Source of the DNA: Acidobacteriaceae bacterium
GTDB lineage: Bacteria; Acidobacteriota; Terriglobia; Terriglobales; Acidobacteriaceae
DNA length: 64,000 nucleotides
Assembly: GCA_003159975.1 (NCBI GenBank)
Contig: PLPU01000446.1
Location: forward strand, 7,570 to 71,569
Reading direction: 5' to 3'
Shown here: positions 19,987-32,139 of the stretch, piece after piece
Position numbering within the stretch: position 1 is the first letter of the stretch
How the letters are laid out: the number at the start of each line of letters is the position of its first letter
Position numbers and translations under genes: made by a program
Notes under the pieces: model-generated
The model's input: the letters and a program-made list of their open reading frames with translations, nothing else
What the model was told of the DNA's origin: nothing
Database searches by the model: none

Positions 19987-21726
19987 ATGAAGGGCGATTT
20001 GAAGCTTGACAACGACCTTGGGTCGAAACCGGATTTGGATGCCCCGCGGTTCAGGGCAAACCGGGAGGCGCTCCTGGCTTTGATGACGGCCGTGCGCGCG
20101 GAGGAGGATTCGATACGCCTGGGCGGTGGCGCCAAGGCGGCCGAGGCCCAGCGGGCCAAGGGGCGTCTTCCTGTTAGGGAGCGTCTGAAATTGCTGCTCG
20201 ATGACGGGACGGAGTTTCTGGAGCTCGGGCTCTGGGCCGCGCATGGAATGTACGGCGAATATGGGGGCGCTCCGGGTGCGGGAGTCGTCACGGGGTTGGG
20301 ACGAGTCTGCGGGCGGTTGTGCATGATCATCGCCAATGACGCCACCGTGAAAGCAGGCGCATTCTTTCCCATGACGGCAAAGAAGGTTCTGCGCGCGCAG
20401 ACCATTGCTCTCGACAACCGGATTCCGACGCTCTACCTGGTGGATTCGTCCGGCGTATTTCTGCCCTTGCAAGAGGATGTATTTCCGGATACCGACGATT
20501 TTGGAAGAGTCTTTCGCAACAATGCGGTGATGAGCTCGCTGGGGATTCCGCAGATCACGGCGATCATGGGCATGTGCGTCGCGGGAGGCGCGTATCTGCC
20601 GGTCATGACGGACACTGTCCTGATGACCGAGGGTTCGGGATTGTTTCTGGCCGGGCCATCGCTGGTGCAAGCTGCCATTGGTCAGAAGACGGAGCCGGAG
20701 GAGTTAGGTGGAGCGGCGATGCACGCTGAGATCTCCGGCACAGTGGACTTCAAGGAGCCCAACGATCATCTCTGCCTGGCGCGCCTGCGGTCCCTGGTTG
20801 GGAAGATCGGTGAACGGCATGGTGGGTCCACCGCAACCGGAAAGGAAACCTTTAGCAGAATCGCGTTTGACGCGGAGGTTGATGCGCCGAAGTTTGCGGC
20901 AGAGGAGTTGTACGGATTTTTGAATCCCGCACCGGGATCGAGCAACGTGTACGACATGCGCGAGGTCATTGCTCGCATCGTCGATCGCAGCGAGTTCGAT
21001 GAATACAAAGCGGAGTTCGGCAGGACGGTCCTTTGCGGCTATGCGCGGATCGGCGGCAGGGCAGTCGGGATTGTCGCCAATCAGAAAACCAACCAGACTC
21101 AGATCGTCGCCATGGGGCCATCCGCGGGGATGAAACGAATCGAAGTAGGCGGCGTGATTTATACGGAAGGCGCGCAAAAAGCAGCGCGTTTCATCATGGA
21201 TTGCAATCAGAACCTCGTCCCGCTGGTGTTTCTCCACGATGTGAATGGGTTCATGGTGGGCAAGGATGCGGAGTGGTCGGGCATCATTCGCGCAGGGGCC
21301 AAGATGGTTTCGGCAGTGAGCACAAGCGTAGTCCCCAAGATATCGGTCATCGTTGGCGGCAGCTTTGGCGCCGGCCATTACGCCATGTGCGGCAAGGCTT
21401 ACGATCCGCGCTTCGTGTTTGCCTGGCCTACGGCGCGCTACGCGGTCATGAGCGGCGCATCGGCGGCGAATACGCTGGCCGAGGTGCGTGCCAAACAAAT
21501 GGAGCGCGGCGGAAAGACCCTGTCGGATGCGGAGAAGAAAGCTCTTTATGACGAGATCAAGGATGCGTACGATGCCCAGGCCGATCCGCGCTATGGTGCT
21601 GCGCGGCTTTGGATTGACGCGATCATCGATCCGGCAAAGACGCGAGAAGTGTTGATCGCGGCGCTCGAGGCCTGCGCTTTGAATCCAGACGTGCCACGAT
21701 TCAATCCTGGGGTGCTGCAGACCTGA
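19987..21726 (+). CDS. Acyl-CoA carboxylase carboxyltransferase subunit (methylcrotonoyl-CoA carboxylase beta-like)
   Basis: [47 protein letters not shown] motifs. Clustered with leucine catabolism genes. Confidence 0.9.
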   Translation: MKGDLKLDNDLGSKPDLDAPRFRANREALLALMTAVRAEEDSIRLGGGAKAAEAQRAKGRLPVRERLKLLLDDGTEFLELGLWAAHGMYGEYGGAPGAGVVTGLGRVCGRLCMIIANDATVKAGAFFPMTAKKVLRAQTIALDNRIPTLYLVDSSGVFLPLQEDVFPDTDDFGRVFRNNAVMSSLGIPQITAIMGMCVAGGAYLPVMTDTVLMTEGSGLFLAGPSLVQAAIGQKTEPEELGGAAMHAEISGTVDFKEPNDHLCLARLRSLVGKIGERHGGSTATGKETFSRIAFDAEVDAPKFAAEELYGFLNPAPGSSNVYDMREVIARIVDRSEFDEYKAEFGRTVLCGYARIGGRAVGIVANQKTNQTQIVAMGPSAGMKRIEVGGVIYTEGAQKAARFIMDCNQNLVPLVFLHDVNGFMVGKDAEWSGIIRAGAKMVSAVSTSVVPKISVIVGGSFGAGHYAMCGKAYDPRFVFAWPTARYAVMSGASAANTLAEVRAKQMERGGKTLSDAEKKALYDEIKDAYDAQADPRYGAARLWIDAIIDPAKTREVLIAALEACALNPDVPRFNPGVLQT

Positions 21727-21814
21727 ATTGAGCATGCCTCGAAGACTTTGGACGGCATCTCAACAAGATAAGAGCGGCAATGCATCGAAGCGGAATCAGA
21801 GAGGGAGCGCGATC

Positions 21815-23005
21815 ATGAGTCTTGCGGTTGAATCGGCAGCGAGTCTGTATCCATTTGTCCTCACGGAAGATCAGGAGCATCTCCGTCGTGAGATTCGCGA
21901 GTTTGCGGCGCGGGAGATTGCGCCCAACGTGATGACATGGGACGAAGCCAGCGAGTTCCCGATGGCGGTGATGAAAAAGCTCGGCACGATGGGATTGCTG
22001 GGCGTGATCTTCCCCCCCGAGTATGGCGGCTCGGGGCTCGGATATGTGGACTACGTGCTGGCCATCGAGGAACTCTCCGCGGTTGACGGATCGATCGGGA
22101 TCACGGTTGCCGCGCATAACTCGCTGGGCACGAATCATATCTTCCTCGCCGGCAACGAGGCGCAGAAAAAGAAGTACGTGCCGCGGCTCGCGAGCGGCGA
22201 AAGCCTCGCTGCGTGGGGTCTGACGGAGCCTGGTTCTGGATCGGACGCCAGCGCGGCACGCACGACAGCAGCGAAGAAAGGTGATCGCTATATTCTGAAC
22301 GGAAACAAGACATTCATCACCAATGGTCGTTATGCCGACGTCGCGGTGGTCATCGCTGTCACCGACAAGACCAAAGGCACGCACGGGCTGTCGGCGTTCA
22401 TTGTCGAGAAGGGCACGCCGGGATTCCGTCCGGGCAAAAAAGAGAACAAGCTCGGACTGCGCGCCAGCGATACCAGCGAGCTGATCTTTGAGGACTGCGA
22501 GATTCCAGCGGAAAACCTGCTGGGTGCGGAAGGCGAAGGATTTGTCGATGCCATGCGGGTTCTCGATGGCGGCAGGATTTCGATTGCCGCCCTGGCATTG
22601 GGAATTGGTCGCGGCGCGCTTGATGCCGCGCTAAAGTACGTGAAGGAACGTCGCCAGTTTGGAAAAGCAATTGCCGAGTTTCAGGGAATTCAGTGGAAGC
22701 TTGCGGACATGGCGACAGAGTTGGATGCGGCTCGGCTGCTGACGCAGCGTGCGGCGGTTCTTAAGGATGCCGGGCGGAAGGTGACGCGCGAATCTGCGAT
22801 GGCCAAGTTGTTCGCGAGCGAAGTTGCGGTACGGATCTGCGATGAAGCAGTGCAATTGTTCGGTGGCTATGGCTTCATCAAGGATTATCCTGCGGAGAAG
22901 TACTATCGCGACGTGAAGCTATGCACCATTGGCGAAGGCACAAGCGAGATTCAGCGAATGGTTATCGCAAGAGAGATTCTCAAGGTACATCCTTCGCGTG
23001 GGTGA
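21815..23005 (+). CDS. Acyl-CoA dehydrogenase (probable isovaleryl-/short-chain)
   Basis: [49 protein letters not shown] 21815 follows a GGGAG RBS. Confidence 0.9.
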   Translation: MSLAVESAASLYPFVLTEDQEHLRREIREFAAREIAPNVMTWDEASEFPMAVMKKLGTMGLLGVIFPPEYGGSGLGYVDYVLAIEELSAVDGSIGITVAAHNSLGTNHIFLAGNEAQKKKYVPRLASGESLAAWGLTEPGSGSDASAARTTAAKKGDRYILNGNKTFITNGRYADVAVVIAVTDKTKGTHGLSAFIVEKGTPGFRPGKKENKLGLRASDTSELIFEDCEIPAENLLGAEGEGFVDAMRVLDGGRISIAALALGIGRGALDAALKYVKERRQFGKAIAEFQGIQWKLADMATELDAARLLTQRAAVLKDAGRKVTRESAMAKLFASEVAVRICDEAVQLFGGYGFIKDYPAEKYYRDVKLCTIGEGTSEIQRMVIAREILKVHPSRG

Positions 23006-23033
23006 GTTACAAGCCGCGATTTGGTGAAGATGC

Positions 23034-23906
23034 ATGGGTGACCTGGTCAAGATCGTTGAGTGTCCGCGCGATGCGTGGCAGGGTCTGCCGTCGCAGATTC
23101 CGGCCGAAGCGAAGGCGGACTATCTGCGCAAGCTGGTAACGGCGGGCTTCAGGCACATCGATGCGGTGAGCTTTGTTTCGCATGCGGCTGTGCCGCAGAT
23201 GGCGGACTCGGAACGCGTGCTGGCCTATCTCAACCCTCCGGAAGAGGTGGAGATCGTCGGGATCGTGGTGAACGTGAAAGGAGCGGAGCGGGCCATCGCG
23301 ACCGGCGCTGTGCAGACTCTGGGGTTTCCTTATTCCATCTCACCGCAGTTTCTGGCGCGCAATCAGCGGCAAACGCCCGAGGAGTCGCTGGACATGCTGG
23401 AGGCGATCGGCGCGCTGGCCTACAAGGCAGGGTTGGATCTGGTGGCGTATGTCTCGATGGCCTTCGGCAATCCGTATGGCGATGCTTGGAACATCGAAGA
23501 AGTGGCGGGCGCTTGCGATCTGCTGGCTGGTTTCGGCGTGCAACAGATTTCGCTGGCCGATACAGTCGGTCTTGCGACACCCGGGCAAATCACAGATACA
23601 TTGGCTCATGTCCTTTCGCTGTATGAGGGAATTGAGATTGGCGTGCATTTGCATGCGCGGCTCGACGATGCGCCGGCGAGGATTCGCGCGGCGTACGAGG
23701 CGGGGTGCCGGCGATTCGATGCGGCCATCGGCGGATTAGGTGGGTGTCCGTTCGCGCAGGATGCGCTGGTGGGAAACATTCCGACGGAGACATTGCTTGC
23801 GGAGTTGAAGGCATTGGGAGCCCAGACGCCAAAGCTGCGGCGGCTGGATGATCTGATTCAAGCCAGCGCTGAGATAGCTCGGCGGTTTGGCGCCACAGTG
23901 CAGTGA
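23034..23906 (+). CDS. Hydroxymethylglutaryl-CoA lyase
   Basis: VECPRDAWQG, SFVS..AVPQMAD, LADTVG, HLH, GGLGGCPFA...GN motifs. Confidence 0.9.
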   Translation: MGDLVKIVECPRDAWQGLPSQIPAEAKADYLRKLVTAGFRHIDAVSFVSHAAVPQMADSERVLAYLNPPEEVEIVGIVVNVKGAERAIATGAVQTLGFPYSISPQFLARNQRQTPEESLDMLEAIGALAYKAGLDLVAYVSMAFGNPYGDAWNIEEVAGACDLLAGFGVQQISLADTVGLATPGQITDTLAHVLSLYEGIEIGVHLHARLDDAPARIRAAYEAGCRRFDAAIGGLGGCPFAQDALVGNIPTETLLAELKALGAQTPKLRRLDDLIQASAEIARRFGATVQ

Positions 23907-23952
23907 TCGACGGCTTTCGCAGAAGGATCGGCGCAAGCATGGGGAGATTGAT

Positions 23953-24732
23953 TTGAGTTATCAGACGATATTGGTGGTGGAAGAAGGCGATGTTCGGACG
24001 ATAACTCTGAATCGTCCCGAGCGCCGCAACGCGATGACTCCAGAGATGCAGACGGAGTTGATCGCGGCGATGGAAGATACGGCTGCAGGGAGTTGCCGCG
24101 TTGTTGTTTTCAGAGGTGCCGGCGAGGCGTTTTGCGCAGGCCTGGATTTGACGTCGCTGCAAGCGATGAACGAGAAAGGCGCGGCAGAGCATCGAGCCGA
24201 CGCGGAGCGCATCGCAAAGCTGTTCCAGACATTGTACGAGTTACCCAAGCCTACTATTGCGGCAGTGCAAGGAGCGGCTATCGCCGGAGGAACGGGACTC
24301 GCGACTATCTGCGATTTCACTCTCGCTGTTCCGTCGGCTAGGTTTGGATACACAGAGGCGCGCATCGGATTTGTGCCGGCACTTGTGTCGGCGTACCTTG
24401 CTCTTCAAATTGGAGACAAGCGGGCTCGCGATCTGCTGCTGTCCGCGCGACTCTTCGATGCAGCGGAAGCATACCGGCTTGGACTTGTGAATGAGGTCGT
24501 GTCGCCGGAATCGCTGAATGACCGCGTGCACTCATTGGCGCAGACGCTTGCTGCCAATAGTCCTGAATCAATGAAAGCCACCAAGCAGCTCCTGGCCGCA
24601 CAGAATAAAGTCTGGCTCGATGCGGCGATTGAGCACGCAATGGATGCGAATGCGGTTTCCCGCGAAACAGCGGATTTTCGCGAGGGCGTTGCTTCTTTCC
24701 TGGAAAAACGCAAGCCTGTCTGGACGAAGTGA
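23953..24732 (+). CDS. Enoyl-CoA hydratase family (probable methylglutaconyl-CoA hydratase)
   Basis: ITLNRPERRNAM, FCAGLDL, AIAGGTGL, EARIGFVPA, FLEKRKPVW. TTG start at 23953 after GGGGAG. Confidence 0.88.
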   Translation: MSYQTILVVEEGDVRTITLNRPERRNAMTPEMQTELIAAMEDTAAGSCRVVVFRGAGEAFCAGLDLTSLQAMNEKGAAEHRADAERIAKLFQTLYELPKPTIAAVQGAAIAGGTGLATICDFTLAVPSARFGYTEARIGFVPALVSAYLALQIGDKRARDLLLSARLFDAAEAYRLGLVNEVVSPESLNDRVHSLAQTLAANSPESMKATKQLLAAQNKVWLDAAIEHAMDANAVSRETADFREGVASFLEKRKPVWTK

Positions 24733-24744
24733 GCTGGTCCGCAG

Positions 24745-25386
24745 CTACGTGATCGCATCGCTGAAGCGCACCTCAGCTTCAGTCTGCTGCACCACTTGCT
24801 CCCGTGTAACACCGGTTGCCAGCTCAATCACTTCGAATCCCGACGGCGTCACATCGAGCACGCACAAATCTGTGATCACGCGGTTCACCACGCCGGCGCC
24901 GGTAAGCGGCAAGGTGCAATGTCGCAGAAGCTTGGGGCTGCCCTGTGCCGTGTGCTCCATCAGGACAATGACGCGCTGAACGCCCGACACAAGATCCATC
25001 GCGCCGCCCATCCCTTTGACCCGCTTGCCGGGAATCATCCAGTTGGCCAGGTCGCCCCGCTCTGACACTTGCATCGCTCCGAGGATTGCAAGGTTGATAT
25101 GCCCGCCGCGAATCATCGCAAATGAGTCCGCGCTCGAAAAGGTCGCCGCGCCGGGCAGGAAGGTCACAGTCTCTTTTCCCGCGTTGATCAGGTCGGCATC
25201 CACTTCGCTTTCGCCCGGAAATGGACCGAGGCCCAGCAGTCCGTTTTCCGACTGCAACGTGACATTGATTCCCTCTGGAATGTAACTGGCTACAAGCGTG
25301 GGGATGCCGATTCCGAGGTTCACATAGAAGCCATCCTGCAGCTCTTTGGCGGCGCGAGCAGCCATCTGTTGACGAGTCCAGGCCAC
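24745..25386 (-). CDS. scoB: 3-oxoacid CoA-transferase subunit B
   Basis: [18 protein letters not shown] (catalytic Glu), [12 protein letters not shown] start at 25386. Confidence 0.88.
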   Translation of the reverse strand: MAWTRQQMAARAAKELQDGFYVNLGIGIPTLVASYIPEGINVTLQSENGLLGLGPFPGESEVDADLINAGKETVTFLPGAATFSSADSFAMIRGGHINLAILGAMQVSERGDLANWMIPGKRVKGMGGAMDLVSGVQRVIVLMEHTAQGSPKLLRHCTLPLTGAGVVNRVITDLCVLDVTPSGFEVIELATGVTREQVVQQTEAEVRFSDAIT

Positions 25387-25390
25387 TGGT

Positions 25391-26122
25391 TTATCCCTCT
25401 CGCGTGGTTTTCTTCTCAATCCGCTTTTCAGGATTGGGGTTGTGGATGAGCCGATGAACAAAAATGCCCGGCGTATGAATCTCGTCCGGATCGAGTTCCC
25501 CCGGCTCGACAACGATCTCCGCTTCGGCGACCGTGATCTTGCCGCATGTGGCTGCATTGGGATTGAAGTTGCGCGCCGTCCGCCGATAAATCAGGTTCCC
25601 GTGCAGATCGGCTTTCCAGGCCTTCACCAGCGCCAGGTCGGCCTGAATCCCGCGCTCCAGGATGAAGGTGTGTCCGTCGAATTCCTTGTGCTCCTTGCCC
25701 TCGGCAACCAAAGTACCGACACCGGTGCGCGTATAGAAACCTGGAATCCCTGCGCCGCCAGCTCTCATCCGTTCGGCGAGCGTGCCCTGCGGACAGAATT
25801 CAACCTCAAGCTCGCCGGATAAGAACTGTCGTTCAAACTCGCCGTTTTCGCCCACATAGCTGGAAATCATTTTCTTGACCTGCCGTGTCCGCAGCAGCAA
25901 ACCAAGTCCCCAATCATCGACGCCCGCGTTATTGCTTGCAATGGTGAGTTCGCGTACGCCGGTGTCCCGCAACGCCACGATTAAGGCCTCCGGGATGCCG
26001 CACAGGCCGAAGCCGCCGATTGCCAACAGCATGCCATCCCGCACAATGCCATCGAGTGCGGCTCGTCCGTCGGGATAGAGCTTTGTCAGGGAAGATCGAT
26101 TCTCGCTTTGAGGTTCGGCCAT
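25391..26122 (-). CDS. scoA: 3-oxoacid CoA-transferase subunit A
   Basis: [36 protein letters not shown]. Start at ATG 26122. Confidence 0.88.
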   Translation of the reverse strand: MAEPQSENRSSLTKLYPDGRAALDGIVRDGMLLAIGGFGLCGIPEALIVALRDTGVRELTIASNNAGVDDWGLGLLLRTRQVKKMISSYVGENGEFERQFLSGELEVEFCPQGTLAERMRAGGAGIPGFYTRTGVGTLVAEGKEHKEFDGHTFILERGIQADLALVKAWKADLHGNLIYRRTARNFNPNAATCGKITVAEAEIVVEPGELDPDEIHTPGIFVHRLIHNPNPEKRIEKKTTREG

Positions 26123-26303
26123 TGGGGAGGTTCTCTCTCGCGGGCGTTGCGCACATGCAATTCTATCTCGACCCCAGACAGTCAGGGCACAGCCTGATGT
26201 CGAGAGAGAATTGGTCCCCGAGAAGGGAATTGTATCCGGTGCGGCCGTCCAGTTTCTCCTGCGATGTTTACCGATGGGCTCGCCGCATGAAAGCTTGTCG
26301 ACC

Positions 26304-28220
26304 CTACCGCACTTCATACACTGTCAGCGATTGTGCGGGCTCTTCGATATGCAGCGTCTGACCGTGCAAGGCTGGAGCGGTTCCCAATGCCGGGGCCGCG
26401 CCTTGAAACTCCGTACACCCCGCCAGGGCAGTCTGTTCCGTCGGCAAGTCGAAGGTCGCTCTTTGCATCCCTTTGTTCACCACGATCAGGAACCGCTCAT
26501 TTCCGATACCGGACGCATGATCGGGTGAGCAACCCGCCTCGCTCGGTGTGCGAAGAAAGGCGAAAACATTTTCATCGGCGAAGAGGTTTTGCTCAAACCC
26601 GGTTTCGAGCGCCGGATGCGTGTGGCGCAGCGCCAGCAAGCCGGAGGTCCAGGAATGGACTTCCTCTTCGGTTGCGGTACGGTCAGCCTTGATAAAGGCG
26701 TTGTTCGCGTCACCCGAAAAGCCGCCCGGGAAATCATGACGGTCGTCGGGATCGCCGCCGCCCGTCATCCCGATTTCGTCTCCGGAATAAATCTGCGGGA
26801 TGCCGCGCAGCGTGGCCACCAGGCCAAGCCCCAGTTTGAGCGCCGGCACCGAGTCATGGACCTCAGTGAGAAAGCGCACTGTATCGTGATTGCCAAGGAA
26901 CGGCACCAGCCGCTCGGGATGCGGATAGAGCGCGTCCTGGCTCAGGACTTTGGCCAGATCCGTCATCGGCTTCCCATGTGCGAGCACGTCGCAGAGAGTG
27001 AAGTAGACCGGAAAGTCGAACGGTGTGTCGAGGCCGGTATCGATGCCGCGGTGGGTCACGCCTCCGGCAAAGAACGAGGTAATCTCCGGATCGCGATTGA
27101 AGACTTCGCCGACGGTGGTCAGATGCGGATAGACACTATGCAGCACTGCATGGAAATCATGCCAGAAGGCGCGATCCACGTAGGGGAACGTATCCAGGCG
27201 AATTCCATCTAGGTTGGCCGTCTCAACCCACCATAATGCGTTCTGGATGAGGTAGCGCGAGACGAGAGGATTCTCCTGATTCAAATCCGGCATTGCGTCG
27301 GTAAACCAGCCCTTGATGACGGCGTTCCATGCTTGCCGGGGAGCATGCGGGTCGACAAGCTCTTGAAAGTCGCTCTGCGTTTGGATATGGTGCTGCAACG
27401 TCCCGTGAAACCACTCGGGCGCGGGAGGATCGAGCACCCAGGGATGCTGAATGCCGATATGATTGGGCACCAGGTCGATGACCAGCTTCATCCCTCGTGC
27501 GTGCAGCGCGTCGGAGAGATGGCGATAATCGCCCAGTGTGCCGAAGTGTGCGTCGACTTGATAGAGATCGGTGGCCGCATAGCCATGATAGGCATTGGGC
27601 ATCGCGCCATTGCTTGCGACCGGCGTAGTCCACAGCGCCGTCACGCCAAGATCGTGCAGGTAATCCAGGTGCTGCGTAATGCCAGCCAGGTCGCCGCCAT
27701 GCCAGCCGCGAGGTGCTGCGCGATCATAGCCGGCCCGATCGTAGCTGGGCTGGTCGTTCGCAGGATTTCCATCGGCGAAGCGGTCGGTCATGATGAGGTA
27801 AAGGACATCGGAGGAAGAGAACCCGCTGTGCGCATCGGCATCGTCGGAACGTGCAGCCAGTTGAAAAGGCGCACGAACCTTCCCTTGATTGCCGCTGGCC
27901 GTAATCCACAATGTCTGCGGACCGGCGCGCGCGGTATCAAGCCAGAGAAAAGCCCAGTGGCCATTCTCGGAAAACTGGGTACGGATCAGTTTTACATCCG
28001 CGCCATCGACGGAGAATTGCGCGTGGTCGAGGTTCCGGCCATTCACCAGCAACATAGGGTCGGGCATACCGGCCCACCATCCTGGCGGATCGATCTTGTC
28101 AATGCATGGAGCGCTCGCGCCATTGGGCCACGGGCAGGTTGACTGAGCTTGCAACGAAGACAAAGCACCGCAGGCGAATATGAAGACAGCGATCACGAGC
28201 AGGCGCCTGGACAGCGTCAT
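26304..28220 (-). CDS. Secreted GH13 alpha-amylase family enzyme (cyclomaltodextrinase/neopullulanase-like)
   Basis: Signal peptide, [11 protein letters not shown]-domain, [37 protein letters not shown]. Confidence 0.9.
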   Translation of the reverse strand: MTLSRRLLVIAVFIFACGALSSLQAQSTCPWPNGASAPCIDKIDPPGWWAGMPDPMLLVNGRNLDHAQFSVDGADVKLIRTQFSENGHWAFLWLDTARAGPQTLWITASGNQGKVRAPFQLAARSDDADAHSGFSSSDVLYLIMTDRFADGNPANDQPSYDRAGYDRAAPRGWHGGDLAGITQHLDYLHDLGVTALWTTPVASNGAMPNAYHGYAATDLYQVDAHFGTLGDYRHLSDALHARGMKLVIDLVPNHIGIQHPWVLDPPAPEWFHGTLQHHIQTQSDFQELVDPHAPRQAWNAVIKGWFTDAMPDLNQENPLVSRYLIQNALWWVETANLDGIRLDTFPYVDRAFWHDFHAVLHSVYPHLTTVGEVFNRDPEITSFFAGGVTHRGIDTGLDTPFDFPVYFTLCDVLAHGKPMTDLAKVLSQDALYPHPERLVPFLGNHDTVRFLTEVHDSVPALKLGLGLVATLRGIPQIYSGDEIGMTGGGDPDDRHDFPGGFSGDANNAFIKADRTATEEEVHSWTSGLLALRHTHPALETGFEQNLFADENVFAFLRTPSEAGCSPDHASGIGNERFLIVVNKGMQRATFDLPTEQTALAGCTEFQGAAPALGTAPALHGQTLHIEEPAQSLTVYEVR

Positions 28221-28351
28221 TGCATCACCTTTCGTTTAGGCATAGAGATACCGGATGTGCGCTCTGGCACTTGTGTCCGGGGTCGTGAAAGGATCTCTCC
28301 GCGCCGCGGCATCTGGAAAGCCGCCGCGGCGCGGAGAGAGCAAAGACGAGA

Positions 28352-31300
28352 TCAGAAGGTGAATCGAGCTGCCAACTGAATCTGGCGGTTGGTATAGAGC
28401 TGGGTTCCACCAATTTGCGCGAAGTTTCCGTCGTGAAGACCGCCATCCGGGTTGGTGAATTCCGGCGTGTTGAAGAGGTTGAAGGCGTCGCCGTGCAGTT
28501 CCATCGTGTACTTGTCGTTCAGATGGATGTTCTTCTGCAGGCTGAAGTTGACTTCGCGGAATCCGGGTCCATGGATCTGATTGCGGTGCAGGGTTCCCAA
28601 ACGAGCGAATATCGTGCAGCCGCCGCAGTCCACTCCTCCCCCGGGGGTTTCAGGCGGATCAGCAAAGGCGGAACGATTGAACCAGTACGATCCAGCGCTT
28701 CCGCTCGTGCCCTTGGGGTAGGTGATAGGACCAATTACGTCGGGGCGATTTGTCGGTGATGCATTCCCATCGGAAAGATCGACCGGAGTTCCCGTCTGTA
28801 GCAAAGCAATCAGGTTGGTCTGCCATCCGCCGACCAGCCAGTCCACCGGCCGCGAAATGTTGCCGCCAAACTGCTGGCCGCGTCCGAAGGGCAGCTTGTA
28901 GAGGATCGAGGTGCTGAAGATCTGACGCTGGTCCTCGTTGGAGTTGCCCCAATCCAACATCGGGTCGTAGTAGAGCGCTACGGTCTGTCCCTGGAAGGCG
29001 CCGGTAGAATCGTCCAGCGCGTGTCCCCAGGCATAGGAGACGGTGGTTACAAGGTTTTGGCCCTGACGGTGTTCCGCATGCGCCTGCAAACCGGCGTAGT
29101 TGGACTTGCCGTCGTAGTTGTTGTAGTTGAGGCTGCCCAGGGTGGGGAAGGGCTGCGCTCCTGTCTGGAATACCTGGTTGTTGTAGGGGTAGTAGGAGGA
29201 GAGGTGGCCTCCCTTGGTGCCCACGTAGGAAATTGTGACCACGTCGTGGCTACCGATCTGCCGTTCCAACTGCAGGTTCCACTCCTGCACCTGGCTGTCC
29301 TCGTTCTTGGGGTTGACGGCGATCATGCTCAGGCCAGCCGGCGGGCTGAGGGGATTGAGGGGAACAACCTGCCGGCTAGGCAGGGCCGTGGTTACCGTGG
29401 CCGGGGTGGTGTAGCCGCTGCAGTTGTAGCCGTGGGCGGCGGGGTTTGGCGTCACACTGGAGAGCTGGCCGGTGAAGGTGACGCAATAGCCATTCGAACC
29501 GTAATAGTCGGAGTGGCCGGCGAAGGGCAGTTGCTCGCCGAGTTGGTTGCCGATGCCGCCGTAGTCGAGGAAGTAAAAGAGCCCATAGCCGCCACGGAGT
29601 ACGGTTTTTCCGTTCCCTGACAGGTCGTAGGCAAAGCCCGCGCGCGGGCCAATGGCGTGATAGTCCTGATTGACGATGCTGTCGGATATGCCGTTTTTCC
29701 CGGCTTCCATGACGGTCCCGTTGGTAACGTTGAAAGCTGCCTGCTGGTTGTGCGCTTCATAGGGACGAGTGAGAAGATCCCAGCGAAGGCCCAGGTTGAC
29801 GGTCAGCCTATGGCTGACGCGCCAGTCGTCCTGTGCAAAGAGGCCGTCTTCCTGGCCGATATTGGCAAAGTACCCGGCCTGGGAACCGAGCTCATAGTCA
29901 TACATGCCGCCAGCCAGCAGCTCGGAGGTTTCAAAACCGGTAAAGGAGACGACGTTTTCGTCGATCCAGAAGTAGCCTTTGCCCTCTTGCGGGTTGAAGT
30001 ACTCGACCTGACGGCGCATGAACGTGCCGCCGTATTTGAAGGAGTGCTTGCCTTTTTCCCAGCTCAGCGAATCCGTCAATTCATAGGTGTTTTGGGGCAC
30101 GGAATAGAGACCGTAATCGCCGGTGTATTCCAGATCGCCCTTCCAGCCGCCGATGAGCGCGCCGCCGCTGGTTTCCTGGTTGATGTTGGCATTCACGATG
30201 CCGAGGTTCTTGGAGACATAGTCGCCATACATCGGCGGGGCGTAGCCGTAGTTGTCGCGGTTATAGGCCAGATGGGCCTCATTGACCACGGTGTTCGAGA
30301 AGATGTGTGTGTAGCCAAAGTCCCAGCCGCGCGCATGGGTGGGATTGGTGCCAGTGCCGCCGCCAGCGGGAAGCATGGTGAACTCGGAAGTCTTGGCATT
30401 GATCGAGTTGTCGTAACTGAAACGGGCGAACGCCCTGTCCTTGGAACTGGCATTCCAGTCCATGCGAACGTCGAAGGTGTTGTATTTGTTGGTTTCAGAC
30501 TGGCTGTCGAGGTAATTGTTGTGGTAGCGATCGGTCCGCGAGGGTGTAGGGAAAGCATTCAGGTAGTTCACAGCGGCCGGATTCAAACGGCCGGTCGGGA
30601 TCATATTGTTCGCGAAGGGTTTGCAGGTCGTGGGATCGAAGATGTCGCCGGCATACGCCCCGTCGGTGGAGTTGCCGGCAAATGGGTTGCCCGTGACAGG
30701 GTCGGTGCCAACCATGCACTGCGGAAACTGGGTGAGGTTACCGCTCAGTGCCACCTGGCTAGCATTCTGCAACTCGGAAAAGTTTCCTGTGCGCATCAGA
30801 GTGGTGGGAACCGAGAGGTAATGGTTGGGAACCGCAAGGGTCTCGCGCAGCGCCTGGTAATCGCCGAAGATAAAGAGCTTATTCTTCAGCTGGGGCAGGA
30901 CCGGTCCACCGATGGCGAAGCCCGGTTGCTGGCGCAGAAAACCGCCCGCAGCGGATGGCGGTGCGCCGTTGAATTGGTAGTTGGGATTGGAATCGAAGTT
31001 CTTATCGCGATAGAACCAGAAGGCCGAACCGTGATACTGGTTGGTGCCCGACTTGAGGGAGCTGACGACGATTGCGCCGCCGGCGCGGCCATACTCGGCC
31101 GGGGCAACGCTGGTGCTGACCTTGAACTCCTGCGTAGCATCGACGTTGGGGAAAAAGAGAATTCCGTTGATCAGGCCGTCGTTGTTGTCCACGCCGTCGA
31201 GGATGTAGTTGTTGGCCTGGGGGCGGAGTCCATTGATGGAGAGGGCGGCGTTGCCGCTCTCGTTGTCGCGGATGGTCTCGGCCATATTGGAGCTGCCGCC

Positions 31301-31810
31301 GCCGCTCGCAATATCGCCATAGTTGCCGCGGGTCACGCCCGGAGTCAGCAGGGCAAGCTGGGTGAAGTTGCGGCCGTCCAAGGGAAGGTCCGTGACCTGC
31401 TCGCCCTGGATCGTCGCTCCAATGGTAGCGTCCGAGGTGTTCACCATCGGAGCTGCGCCGCTAACCTCTACGGTAACCGCTCCCCCGGCGGCCTTGAGCT
31501 GGAAGACCACGGTTTGCGTGTTGGTTACGGTCACGGTTACCACCGCGGACTCCGACTGAAACCCCGGTGCTGAGATCAGGACCGTGTAGTCGCCGCGGGG
31601 CACCGCAAGAATCGTGAACTCGCCGGCGCCATTCGATACGGCAGTGAGCTTGAGTCCGTTTTCCGTATTCGTCGCAGAAACGGTTGCACCCTGGATGACC
31701 GCGCCGGTCGAATCCGTCGCCGTTCCCGTGATGGTTCCGGTGTCGGTCTGCGCGAACAAACGAGGCACCATCAGGCAAGTCAGCAGGATCGCTAGCGCCA
31801 CGAACGACAT
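28352..31810 (-). CDS. TonB-dependent receptor (carboxypeptidase-regulatory-like N-domain), probable maltodextrin importer
   Basis: LFA-Q signal end, GTITGTATDSTGAVIQGATV, LPLDGRNFTQLALLTPGV, APAEYGRAGG, C-terminal RQIQLAARFTF. Start uncertain (see findings). Substrate inferred from the adjacent GH13. Confidence 0.9.
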   Translation of the reverse strand: MSFVALAILLTCLMVPRLFAQTDTGTITGTATDSTGAVIQGATVSATNTENGLKLTAVSNGAGEFTILAVPRGDYTVLISAPGFQSESAVVTVTVTNTQTVVFQLKAAGGAVTVEVSGAAPMVNTSDATIGATIQGEQVTDLPLDGRNFTQLALLTPGVTRGNYGDIASGGGSSNMAETIRDNESGNAALSINGLRPQANNYILDGVDNNDGLINGILFFPNVDATQEFKVSTSVAPAEYGRAGGAIVVSSLKSGTNQYHGSAFWFYRDKNFDSNPNYQFNGAPPSAAGGFLRQQPGFAIGGPVLPQLKNKLFIFGDYQALRETLAVPNHYLSVPTTLMRTGNFSELQNASQVALSGNLTQFPQCMVGTDPVTGNPFAGNSTDGAYAGDIFDPTTCKPFANNMIPTGRLNPAAVNYLNAFPTPSRTDRYHNNYLDSQSETNKYNTFDVRMDWNASSKDRAFARFSYDNSINAKTSEFTMLPAGGGTGTNPTHARGWDFGYTHIFSNTVVNEAHLAYNRDNYGYAPPMYGDYVSKNLGIVNANINQETSGGALIGGWKGDLEYTGDYGLYSVPQNTYELTDSLSWEKGKHSFKYGGTFMRRQVEYFNPQEGKGYFWIDENVVSFTGFETSELLAGGMYDYELGSQAGYFANIGQEDGLFAQDDWRVSHRLTVNLGLRWDLLTRPYEAHNQQAAFNVTNGTVMEAGKNGISDSIVNQDYHAIGPRAGFAYDLSGNGKTVLRGGYGLFYFLDYGGIGNQLGEQLPFAGHSDYYGSNGYCVTFTGQLSSVTPNPAAHGYNCSGYTTPATVTTALPSRQVVPLNPLSPPAGLSMIAVNPKNEDSQVQEWNLQLERQIGSHDVVTISYVGTKGGHLSSYYPYNNQVFQTGAQPFPTLGSLNYNNYDGKSNYAGLQAHAEHRQGQNLVTTVSYAWGHALDDSTGAFQGQTVALYYDPMLDWGNSNEDQRQIFSTSILYKLPFGRGQQFGGNISRPVDWLVGGWQTNLIALLQTGTPVDLSDGNASPTNRPDVIGPITYPKGTSGSAGSYWFNRSAFADPPETPGGGVDCGGCTIFARLGTLHRNQIHGPGFREVNFSLQKNIHLNDKYTMELHGDAFNLFNTPEFTNPDGGLHDGNFAQIGGTQLYTNRQIQLAARFTF

Positions 31811-32139
31811 GCGCAGGCGATTCTGACTGTTGGATAGTAAGCTCTCTTGAACATTACAAAGTCCTCCAAAGTACCCATGCAAGCTATGGCCCGCGAATTC
31901 GGCAAATCCAATGCCTCTCCTTGTAGCCACGCATGACATCACGCCTTTGAGCTAACGATGGTCAATCCACGCAGAGCCAATTCGACGTCATTTGATCTTC
32001 TCCGGATAAGGCGCTTGTTTTCAAATATTAAGAGGTATACATCTCCTCGGATTTTGGCAGTTGCTCCGGCTGTCGAAGCTCAAATGGAGCCTTCTTGCCC
32101 CCTTCCGCTATACTGAGGGGCGGGATTTTGCCGGATCTT

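Noticed and set aside
29657-31573. 638-aa plus-strand ORF
   Set aside because: Antisense shadow of the TonB-dependent receptor.
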